Shown here: in pieces, positions 14,180-25,528 of the stretch
Position numbering within the stretch: the stretch's first letter is position 1
How the letters are laid out: the number at the start of each line of letters is the position of its first letter
DNA from: Ophelia neglecta
Taxonomy: Eukaryota
Reading direction: 5' to 3'
Assembly (NCBI GenBank): GCA_965285935.1
Contig: OZ260665.1
Location: forward strand, 62,062,001-62,126,000
Length of the DNA stretch: 64,000 nt
The notes under the pieces: generated by a model
Databases searched by the model: none
Told to the model about the DNA's origin: nothing
The model's input: only the letters and a program-made list of their open reading frames with translations
Program-made: the position numbers and the translations under genes

Positions 14180-14260
14180 ACAATCCCAAACTGATCCCTC
14201 ATGTAGACAATCACAAACTGATCCCTCATGTAGACAATCACACACTGATCCCTCATGTAG
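14180..14260. repeat. 27-bp tandem repeat x3
   Basis: acaatc(c/a)ca(a/c)actgatccctcatgtag at 14180, 14207 and 14234. Confidence 0.95.
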
Positions 14261-14887
14261 ATGGACTTAGTGGGTATGCAGAATTTAAGGTAGTAATCCC
14301 ACCAAGGCCAAATTGCGTGCGCAGATGACAAATTAATCGCCAGCGGACTACACTTGAGAGCAATCAAATGCTCACGGTCAACGGGGTGTCCCTAGGGGAC
14401 GTGGGGTGATTTATGGGGTTAAGACGCCATTTGCCCCCGGGAGAGGACTCTCGTGTTCTTTCTTCGTCTGACGTTGCTTTGAAAAAAAGTAGTTCGCAGG
14501 CGTTTTGGCATGACGCGGAGGGATGCAGACCGAACTCTATACCTATGTAAGCTGTCACTGGGCGGCATCACGGGGGAAGATGGTAAGGGGGGGGGGGGGG
14601 TTGAAGGTACATCCTGGACACCTTCCATCCGCTTTTGCATTTAAGGCAATTTAAATTCCTTGATTATTATGACGACCATTACAATTTTCCAGAACTTCAT
14701 GATTAGTTGGGATATTGTGCTTTCACGCGTGGGTATTCTAACGTAGTATGTTATCTGGATAATTTCCAAAGTTCATTATTTTTTTAGGAGAAAAAACATC
14801 AGATTTAGTATACGGCGTAAAATCCTGTCGTTAACGTCAACGATGAAAATCAAAGAGATATGTATACAAACTCCTCCTCCCCCTCCC

Positions 14888-14939
14888 CCTCCCATCTAAT
14901 AAAAGCGCCTCTCTCTTTCACCTCCCATCTAATAAAAGC
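14888..14939. repeat. Short direct duplication cctcccatctaataaaagc x2
   Basis: Identical 19-mers about 33 bp apart. Confidence 0.8.
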
Positions 14940-15683
14940 TACTCCCTCTATTCCTTCTCTGTAACAAACGCTACTTCCTCTACTAACGAATATAAATACC
15001 CCCCCCCCTTTCGTGTAATCAAGTGGAATTAGATATCTGTGTCATTAATTGTTATTATTTTTACACTAGTTATAATATTTCGTAATATATCAAGTGCATT
15101 GCGTTAGGCACAAATTAATGGTGTGAATGGACTCACCCTTGTGGCTAATACATGACAGGGACGTATTTACTGACGTCAGCAACATGGATGAAATCTGATT
15201 GTATTCACTAAAGGCTTTTGTGTCGAAGATGATGAAGAAACAGACATTAATTGATATAAATAATTACCCTTTACGAATCACACTTTGATAAGCCAACCTA
15301 CCAATGTTCGTTTAAAGTGGGATGTTCATCAACTGTTAGTTTTAATCGCTCTGTAATTCGCAGTTTTATTATAGCAGCTTATTGTCTGCAAGAGTAAGCC
15401 AATTAAAATTTCATAACATATAGTATCGGGACAATGCATTCATCGCACGGGGCTGGATTATTGTAAATAAAACCACGCAAAACAGAAAGAGAAGTAAATA
15501 AAACTAATACAACAAATAGCATGCGGGTGGCTTTTGGAAGCCGACAAGACCGAACGGCAAGTCACATGGTAGACATTCAAGAACGGATATACATGTAAAA
15601 ATTATTGCATTACTATATTATTATATTATATATGCAACTATTACATCATATTGGAGATATATATAGGCTATACTTGTACGTAC

Positions 15684-16523
15684 CTTTCGTTTCGAGGCAG
15701 CCATTCTCTGATCTCGGTTATTCTCCGATTCTCCAGGAGGTTTCTTCACCCATATCACAACAGCGATTATAGTGTACGTAAAAATTAGGACTAGCAGTGG
15801 CAGAAAGTACTGTAATATCATGATTATCAGCGAGTAAATATAGCGCAAATGGCTATTAGGGTAGTCCGGCCAGATCTCCGAACAGTGGTCCCTCTCTATG
15901 CCGCTCCTGTCAGGGCGGCGCTGTGTTCGTGAAACTATAGCAACAGGTAAGGGTACTGCCAATGAAAACACCCAGATGATCAATATCACTCCGAACGCCT
16001 GCCTTGTCGTCATGCGCGGTCTGAGCGGAAATAGTATAGCTCGACATCTGTCCAGACTGATGGCAACGAGAGTGAAGGCAACTAAAAATACTGCCACTAC
16101 TTGCAAGTAGGTCACGATCGGACACATGAATTTGGGAAACGGCCAATACTGCATCAACATGTTGGCTATGAATGTAAAGGGAACACAAAGCACCGCCATC
16201 ATCATATCACTACACGCTAGGTTCACAATAAAGTAGTTTGTCACAGTGCGCATGCGCTGGTATGCTAGGACTATGTAACAGACGATAAGATTTCCTCCGA
16301 TCGAAACGACACTTATTGTGGAGTACATGATGATCAAAATGACCTGTGCGTAAAGAGGCATCATCTCAGCACCACCTTGTGATGCAGATTGGTTGAATTC
16401 AGCCCAAATGTCACCGCGCGACAAGTTGACAATTTCACTTCCGTTCATGCTCCAATCCTTCCCCGCCCGTGGCGCCATCTGTGTGAAATTAGCGTCCGTC
16501 GTTGTTATGATTACATCGGACAT
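15684..16523 (-). CDS. Luqin/RYamide-type neuropeptide GPCR (rhodopsin class A), first coding exon (N-terminus, TM1-TM5, ICL3; 280 codons)
   Basis: ORF 16523..15621 has GNLIVC (TM1), MRTVTNYFIVNLACSD (TM2), WPF..FMC (ECL1/TM3), AISLDRC..I..PLRPRM, IWVFS...PLP (TM4), QYFLPLLVL.FTY (TM5) and PPGESENNRDQRMAASKRK (ICL3, typical of RYamide/luqin receptors). N-glycosylation sequons NFT, NGS, NLS and NQS are in the N-terminus. Donor AAG|GTACGT at 15684/15683; the exon is 840 nt, phase 0. Confidence 0.93.
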
Positions 16524-16574
16524 CGTGCGTTTACTTCAGGTCATTGTGTGTAGATTCAGCCAAGAACTGTCAAC
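16524..16574 (-). other. Probable 5'UTR part of the first coding exon, containing uORF ATG-ACC-TGA (16544-16536)
   Basis: Acceptor-like aaattacttccag|G at 16575/16574, 51 nt upstream of the ATG, implies a further upstream non-coding exon. Confidence 0.5.
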
Positions 16575-18269
16575 CTGGAAGTAATTTGGTCTATCTTATT
16601 ATATATAAGTAACACCGAGGATGTTGGACATAGCTATTATAATCAATAAGTGGCCTGATTGTAATGGCAGAATTTGTAATTTTCAATTCTAACCATTATA
16701 TATCATGATTAACATAACCAGATTCCAAATAAACAAGAATTCGTACACCGGCGGACTTAAAATACTAGTGTTTTCAGTCTTTTTTTTCAGTACACGCGAT
16801 TGTAGTGGAACAACTGACATCTAGCTAGGTACCATAATGATACAGGGATGTTCAAAGCTGAGAATGTTCTCACAGTTGCCACTGAGGCAAGGAAACCCCT
16901 TACTCGTGCCACTTGGCTAAGGCAGACTAGGAACTGGCTTGTTTTAAGTAGTGGCGGGAATGGCTACAAACGAGAAGTTTCAATCAGTTTTCTCTGCGCC
17001 AGATTTAATATTTTGTACAAGCTTTTGTATCTACTTAACTAGTGATGGCCTGAATCTATAGCGATATTAAAAAAGTGTTTTAGGGACCATATTATAATCC
17101 CCCCGTAATTATATATGTGCATATTTTAGTTCCAAATTCATACTTACGGAACTTCTCTACTTCTACTAGTGAAAAAAAGTAAGACATTACTTTAGGCAAA
17201 CTAAGCAGAGAACTCTTTAATATACTAGGCACACTAATTTTCAACTAAGCTTTTGACTTAGACAAAGTATTATTGGTTTTCCCAGTTGTGCATATAATGA
17301 AGATAGCATTAGAGGACCTATGTCAACTGCGGTTAAGTCTAGCTCAAAATTAAGCTGTATATTAATGAAATGCCCAAGTATATTACAATAACCTCATTTC
17401 ATGTTGGCATTAGCCTATATTGATGTCCAGTATACATGTCTTTAACAAGCTACGGTTCACACCAACATAACTATCAATTTTTACAACATATAAAAATATT
17501 TGGAAGTTATGTTGTCGATTCTAGAAAACACTGTGACAAGATTGTTTTGATCCGTGCTGAGCTCCCGATTTTCTTTTATCCTTGCTCTATCATATCCCAC
17601 CACAGACATACATACATGTAAAAGATTCCTATACATTCGCAAATCACGCAATTTCATGCTTGAAAATCAACATATTCACGTGTCCAGCTTCCGGCAATAC
17701 GTGCCATTTTCTTTCAAGGGTGGTACATAATAAGTAAGCACAAAGCTGAAAAAAACTTGAGTGAAAACTCGGCGAACAAAGCAAAATCATCAGTCAATAA
17801 AGATCATTTAAATCGGTCACATATGGTCAGGAACCTGTTGGCCAGCAAATATCAATCCTCAGTTTCATGACTCATAAAAACTGAATAAATGATTCCTCGG
17901 TGTATTTTTTATCGGAAAATAGACCGTTATAGGAATCAGCGAGATAAGCAAACGTCCATATGCCGAGGGAGGTGTCGCGTGCTTAGCAATATAGACTAGC
18001 AGATCAAACAGGCTAGGGCAGATGTTAGAAAGAGATTAGCGCACAATTGGGAACCACTAGCCTCAAAACGCATTCGAGGCATGTGACCGCTGACTTCCAG
18101 AATGAAATATTCCCTGTTGCAGATTTATAAAGAGCTCTTTCATGATACACACACAAAGAAGTATTAGAATTAACGAATCTGCTCGCCAACATTTCCACTG
18201 TAAAGAGTACTTGTGATTCGAGCTTACAAGATAAAATGTAATGTCTGTGTACTTATATCAAAGACAGGG

Positions 18270-18730
18270 AGGGCGTGGACGTGCAATGATTGCGGAAACA
18301 TGTCTTTTGTTGTAGCCAATAATGTAAAGACAGTCGAGTGCGGGCTGACGTACTCGATCTACATGGACACTAACACAAAGAATGTGGCCAAGGATACTGG
18401 GTTGACGTGTAATAAGTGATAAGTTATCAATCCCACCACGTACCCGTCTTTACTACATATGCCATTGAAATTACCAATCGTGACTGAATATCTAAATAGG
18501 TTTAACTTTCTTTTCAATCCATCAATTATGCCGGGGAGATTATAATACATCTGTATGGTTCGAAAGTCTTCACAAATAATACAAACCAAGTCTATTAATG
18601 CGAGCAAGAAAATGTCGCCGGATATATGTCGAGATACCTTTAATATTGAATATTTTTCAAGCCTATTTATTTTTGTTTGTATTACTCTCCAAAGCCTGTG
18701 AATGTCGCGAAGGCAGTTTTTCGTCAAAGC
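18270..18730 (-). mobile_element. Possible highly decayed LINE APE-endonuclease relic
   Basis: ORF 18727..18359 has SVTIGNFN (cf. IIxGDFN), preceded by YYNLP (cf. YxPP) and followed by ATF (cf. PTF). Motif similarity is weak. Confidence 0.3.
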
Positions 18731-21700
18731 TAGAATAGTCCGTGCAACTTAATAACAATCCCCGTAAAAGAATATTGCCTGATCATAACATGGTAAAGAA
18801 ACGCTTCTGTTTTGAGGACCAAACCTGAGAGGTTCTGACTTGTTATGACCTGACATGTCATGACTTCGTTGTTAATTATCTGACTTTTATTTTTTTAAAC
18901 CAAATAAGCGATTGCACTCTAAGATGAGTATACACTGGTTTTGAAATAACATCTTCCCAGTTCAGGCATGACCTATGTGGCCACAATGTTAGTAGAAAGA
19001 TCGACAGAACGGTAAGCCTATGATTTGCGTAATAATTTTAAAGGATCATCAATGGCGGCTAACAGAGCAGAATTCCACTAGCATTAGAACGCCATATTGC
19101 ATGACATTATTAAACTTTGAAACATATGCTTTAGATTGAAGAAAATGGTAGGATGCTGCAAAATTTTCCCTGTTTGATTGGCTTGAAGACATAAAAACTA
19201 TGTTTACATGCGCAATAATCCGTACGTTACAAGAATATCCAACTTCCCATCAAGTTTCTTAACGACTGTGTTGTTTGTTTCTGTTTCTCATATATTTAGG
19301 TCTGGAAGTGGGTCTTTGCTGTACAAATAACACGAGTAACTCAACCTACAAGTAAATTCAGTGTCTTGTAAAAAAAAAACATATGATTTTTAGACTAGTT
19401 ACCAGGTTCCATCAACACTATAAATGCTGGCCCGGATCTAACTTAGATAGTCAAGCTGGAGACGAATATAAACAAGAAGTCATACAATCAGATTTTAAGT
19501 AGGGTCGAAAAGCAGAACTTGTACAGCTCTGCCACCCGGTCTCAGTACTATGAGAGAAGGCGAGGAATAGGAGAACGATATTATGCCCAAGTTCTTCGAC
19601 AGTCGGGTGGTTTTCCTACGTGAGCTTCAAAAACAGTTAAGACCTGTTACAATACCTAGATTTTCCGTTTACGTAAACCTGACCTTTCTGGAACTGAAGA
19701 AGATTTGAGATTGGAATGCCTCTTTAAACCACATTTTGTAGAAAGGAATAACGTACAACCAATATGAACAATGGAGTGAAGTTTCTTTTAAAACCATTGA
19801 TACTAGGTTATAAAATGGAATGGCCACCAATAAATGCTTTAAAGCTGCTTGGTCTAATTGTGATACTTTGATATTTATACTTGTTTACATATTCATGATT
19901 CTAGTAGTATGACAAATGTGTTGAGAAGTAAAAGTTGCACACAGCCAGACAATTCTTTTCCACAGACGAATTGTTATCGTTACAAAATAATTAGGCAATA
20001 TGATTATAGCTAGATATGCCCTGGAAAGGTGCGAGCGTTATTCTTATTTTGATTGATTTGTTTTTAAAGAGCAAAATGACATTTGAACTTCTTTGTGAAG
20101 CACACCCACGAATATTTATGTTTATACCTAGTTATAACGCGCGTGTTGAAGACAAGTGGGACGAGATAAACAATTCATCATAATCACGTATGCGATGATA
20201 CCCTTTGAGAGTGTTCAACTATATGAATCACTACCGCTGTGTTTACGCCTTCACAGTTGCAAACTGGTTTTGAGTGATCAATGTATTCAACTCATCCTAG
20301 GGATACGCGCAATTGCTTATGGGACTGCTTGGTTTCTTTGAACCAGGTGATGCTTTCAGTTGACTGCTTCTAGATAATTTGACCGATTGAATTGATCAAT
20401 ACGGGATCCCTATGTTGTTTTGTCGGACCTAAAACAACATAGTAAAGGGACATGCCCAAAATAATGCAGACAACTGAAAGGTTAATAACGATGGCTCAAA
20501 GTCTAATCACACTTACATAGTGGCAATTTGGGGAGGGCATTTGGTGTTAAATGGCGTCACTCGCGAGGTCAACTAGGCGATAAAGGCATTACGTTGATGG
20601 CAATACGGCATCAAAGAGATCAGCTCGTATTACTTCAGGCTCATTTCACTGTCTTTGTGGTGGTGCTCAAACGGGTTAGTATATAACATACCAAGAAATG
20701 ACCTCGCACGGTATTCTTTAGAGTTCACTACTTCTAGTTACACTGCCGGGTTACAGTCGTCTAATAGCAACAGAAATACTAAGGAGTCAAGGCACATTTC
20801 ACGTTTAAGTCAGCCATCAAATGGCAGCACCGACAATAAACTATGTGCACAGGTGTCTAATATAAGTACAAGTTCACCGAAATCTATAAATGTCTAAGGC
20901 TTTCTTTTCGACAAAAGGAAAAAAGGTCAAATAAAACGGAAGTGAACCTCCGGGAGGCAAAGCAAACCCATTAATCAAGATTGGTCCATTAGATCGGAGT
21001 GAAATCATCAGAAATCACCACCTGCAGGCACACAAACATCAATCTCCACTTGCCAAACTGCAATTAAGCTTTCAATGAAATTATTAATAACAATTTAAAG
21101 TGGGTGCCAGCTGCAATGAGAGGTTTTCATTGGTTTATTCTGACACTATTCAGTGCACAAGACAAACGATATGTTAGTGATCAGCGTAGGCCGGAGATGA
21201 AATATGCCTTGGGAGAGTCTACAGTGGGCTAACCCTTTCTGAAAATTTGAGATTTAAGATGTATTTGCCCCAAAAGTCACATAACAAGAGAATGATGAAG
21301 GTCCTTGCATACTACAGAAGAAAAGGTTTTAAATTTCCATGATAGTGCAGTGAGATGTTATATTACATTTGTAAAGTTAACTGGTTTATGATTTACTATG
21401 TACCATTACAAAATCGAAATTATATCGTTTGGCGTAAAGACGTGAAGTTAAAAGGCTATTTTCGTATTCGAAGAAATGTATCCAAGTAAGATCAAACGCC
21501 AGGGATGTCGGAGATGTTTTTCAGATCTAAATATAAGACTAAACTATTTTCCTCTTATTATACACGTCATACACAAACCAATTCTTTGTAAATGTTTGCT
21601 TTCATGCAATATGCTGTAGATATGAGATGAAAGGTCACGTCATATAAACAGCCTCTAATTAGGAATGTTAACGGATTTTACTAACGTGTCATACTGTCAT

Positions 21701-23399
21701 GTCATTAGAAAGGAAGGGACTACTTTGATTCATAACCGCCACTCAGACACGTCAAGAGCTCACATCCATTCACTCAGGAATAAAGACCAAACGATAGACG
21801 TGAGACGCCGACGCTACTTAAACCTCCCAGCGTATATTGCTACGTCTCACTTCCGGGTTTTGCCTATTCATTTTGCCTCGCGGCCTTAACCTGTCACACC
21901 GCGATTTCCGTGCAGTAATTTCAGACACTTAATTGACACAGGTAACGATACGTTACGTTCGACTTGGTCTCATTTCATTACTTATTGGAGGAAAATATCG
22001 ATCAATCCTGCAGCCCATTGGTGATTTTTGGTATAGAAAGTGTCCAAGCAAAATAAGTTGGTTGGATAGATTGCCCAGTATTATTATTTTAACTTAAACT
22101 TGTGCCCTAATTAGAGATACAGGACACATTTTGGTAGAGATGGAGAAATATATATGAATATAAGTTTCCTTCACACAGAATAGAAGACAACTTGCCATTT
22201 CGTGAGACTAACAAGTCTGTTCACATGAGATTTGAAAAACAAATCATGAGTTGCTCATGAAAGAACGATAACTCTCTATACAGCAACACCAAGACCTCTA
22301 TAATAAGTGGTTGTTGATACCTTAAATGAAAACAGTAAGTACAATTAGTGGCGCTAGCGGATCTAGAATTATCGCGAGCAAGGTAAGGGATCCATCCTGG
22401 ATGGCGGTAGCGGCGGTGCTGATATTTGAAGACACTTGACCCCTCTCTGGGAGGAAAAATCACCCATCCCAAATCACAGACGAGACCCAGGATCACATTG
22501 CGGAGTTGAAAGACGCGGTTCTTACGCCAATTTCACTCCCTTTTCTTGTCATTTAAGCAAACAAGGCATAATCACAACACACTATGTCACAATTGATTGA
22601 CTCAATAATCGTCAAAATATTGCAAAATGGCCATAATGATATTTTGGTATGAACGTATAATCCAGCCTTTTCATCATAGATAGAGACCTAAGGTGTATAG
22701 GTTTTGTGAGAGTTGGCACTTAGGCCTTTTTGGTTGCAAGTCTTTAGTAACTTAGGCAATACTGTATTTCATTTTCAATTATGGCCTATCTTACAAATCA
22801 CAGATAAATCTTAGCAAAATACTGTTTAGAATCATTTGATCTGAACAGGAATTTTTTCAGATGAAAAAACATGTAAAAAACATTTTTTCAAACTATCATA
22901 TTATCAGTTAAACTTACCAAATAAATAATGTTTCGTTTATTACCTCAAAATGGTGAAAATGTTATTTTGCATTATTGTGACGAAAGTTATTTACGTCACA
23001 AAAATTTCACACTTAAAATGTTTTTGAATTCATTTACGACAGGGAGAAAGGGACATGGGGCAAACTTACGCTGCCTTAACCCTACCTCGAGAGAAGGCAG
23101 CCATTTGGGTGCAAATGTCAAAATAAGCATTTTGAGAAGATTAATCAAGGGTCTTTATCAACGGGTTTGGAAATGAGCATGTGCTCTGAACTTCAATCTA
23201 CTAATCTATCAATATTTTATTTCACACCAAAAATGGAACTCTTTCATAGCTGATATGGCCCATCCGTGCTTATTGGGAAACTAATCATTGGGAATTCCAA
23301 GTCGGGAATGGAATTATTCATAAGTGGGGATCATATTAGGGGATCATATTAAATAAAAACATTTATCGAAAAAATAATCAAATCAGCTTTAACGCTTGC

Positions 23400-24410
23400 G
23401 AAATCGTCAAGAGTGTGAAAACTCGAGAATCGAGTATGAAAACTCCAGTAATGAGTTTAAGCTTAAGAAAGATTATTAAAGTTCGAGTACCGAATATGAA
23501 AAATCCGAGAACGTGTGAAATGTTAAGCTGATACTGTTTTGAGAACTTCATGATTTCGTATCAGTCTATGTGGACAGGTACATACAGGTAGTTGTCCACA
23601 GTGGCGTGGCTTTGATCTTTCCCATGCACGCAGACCAAACGGATATGCAATGGCATCAAACAAGACTGGGCTCGTTAAATCCTTCAAGAAATGAGTCCTA
23701 TATCCATGAAATGTAAGTCTAAACGTTGCGTTGCAAAGCTCAATTTTAAAGATTCTGACTAAAAAAAACTTTAAACGAAAGTACCGGGGCTGTCTGCGTA
23801 TGTTTATGTTTAAAACCGGGCGCAAAGCGCTTCATCGCTAGGCAGCGATCGAAGAAAACACGGTTCAATATGACAAGCAATACACTTGCCCGCCATCGAT
23901 ACGCATTAAATCAGGCTGGCCCAAACAAGTGAACAAATAACAAATAAGGCGAACACAATATTTAAGTATTTTACAGTTTGCCGGATGCGATGCCAGAATC
24001 TCCTAGAACTGATGATAGCGAAACTCGATATTAACAGTCAAAACTGGGTAGTTCGATACTCAAATTTGCAAACTTGATAATTGAAATCTCACACTCGAAA
24101 CTCAAATGTTAGGCTCGAATCTTGGGTTTTTATACTCGAAATTAAATACTCGTCACTCAAACTTTAATACTCGGTACTCAAACTCCTTTAAAACTCGGTA
24201 CTAAAACTTTAATACTAGGTACACACACTCTTGTACTCGGTACTCAAACATTATTACTCGATACTCAAACTTTAATACTCGGTATTCAAACTTTAATACT
24301 TGGTACTCAAACATTAATGCTCGGTACTCAAACTTTCACACGCGATACTCAAATTCGATAGTCAAACTTTCACACTCGATACGCGTACTTTCGTACTAGA
24401 AACTCAATGA
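23400..24410. repeat. Foldback-like structure: arrays of a ~21-bp unit (tactcggtactcaaactttaa) in opposite orientations flanking a ~500-bp unique core
   Basis: The right array (~24020-24410) has roughly ten recognisable units. The left arm (23400-23520) carries the reverse complement, e.g. tattaaagttcgagtaccgaata at 23474-23496, and gagtgtgaaa 23411-23420 versus tttcacactc 24368-24377. Confidence 0.7.
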
Positions 24411-25088
24411 AGAGTAACACTCTAACTTAAATAGAGTTTTCTCCAGATGATCCATACCTGCCTTGTTTACCTGAGAACGAGACCCACAGACCATGCTTTA
24501 TAACCGACATGCAATAACAGGCTTACGCAGTGTAAGGTGCCTGTTGACCATAGAATTTAGACAATGATAAATGTGAATGAATTCGAAATACAAGATGAAA
24601 AATCTTGAGATAATAGTTCAGACTTTCATTTCGGTTTTTTTCGAGCCAATACCAATGGATTGATGAAGGCAATAGCATTTTCCCGCCTACTGTATTGCAC
24701 ACCCAGCCCACAGTGGTTTAGTTACAGTCATATTGCAACGTGCAGATTTGTTCGAAATAAGGATCTTCACAGAATGTCAAACACCAATGACTAATATTCT
24801 GTTTTTTTTTTGAACAAATATCGAATTAGCAATTGTGAACAAAAATATTGATGTACAAACAAAAATCCGTCGAAAGAAACACGATCGGATGAGGTATAAC
24901 TTTCTCAACCTGAACCAAACCAAATGTCATTTTACAAATTATGAACAACGTTCGGCTTTTTCCTTTAATATATGTCAAATGAAAACAGAACACATGTGAT
25001 GTTTGTGTTACTAGCAATTCTGTGGACGTCTATACTTTTTGGAAATATTAATATTCCAGAAAAGCTAAGGGGGAACTGGGGCCGACTG

Positions 25089-25528
25089 GGAGCCTATTTT
25101 ATAAACATGTGCTTCTAAGCCAGGATTGTTCAAACAAGGCTTGAAATGAGCTCTATCTTACACATAAATCCTGTTTCATTAAAACGGAGATTTTTGCCTA
25201 TATCTACGCTCTAAAGAGGTTTTGCTGGTTATAGCTTAGTTAAAAAATACAGGCCAATTTGTCTTTAAAATCTGCCTTGTATATGTTAATGCCGTCCTAC
25301 CTTTCACATAACATGTTTTAGTCAGTTGAACAAGCTAGTTTATCATACCCGCATATTAGTTATGAACACGTATCGCACTGCTTTGCCATGCATAAGCCAA
25401 AATGTATAAACCACATATTTAGCATGTTTGTGGCTTAAGATTCAGATTGCCGTTTAGGAAATCGAAATCAACACTCATCGGACAAATAATCCGGGATTAA
25501 GGTTTAATATCTGTCTGAAACAGGCCCC
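25089..25528. mobile_element. Old non-autonomous TIR element, Harbinger-like
   Basis: Left end ggagcctattttataaa...taagccaggatt and right end aatccgggatta...tgtctgaaacaggcccc are imperfect inverted repeats with matching subterminal motifs. Confidence 0.45.

Larger units (their letters stand above)
5391..15683 (-). other. 10,293-bp phase-0 GT-AG intron of the GPCR (ICL3/TM6 junction)
   Basis: Canonical donor and acceptor. The spliced product is a complete 7TM protein with no missing segment. Confidence 0.88.

Noticed and set aside
15621-15683. ORF extension VRTSIAYIYLQYDVIVAYII (and MCSLSDISVMFQ at 5391-5426)
   Set aside because: Intronic read-through beyond canonical splice sites. There is no evidence for a truncated isoform.
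24005-24035. Hammerhead-like CTGATGA...GAAAC (also CTGAAGA at ~54461 and minus strand ~61029)
   Set aside because: The required stems I-III cannot be formed around the cores.
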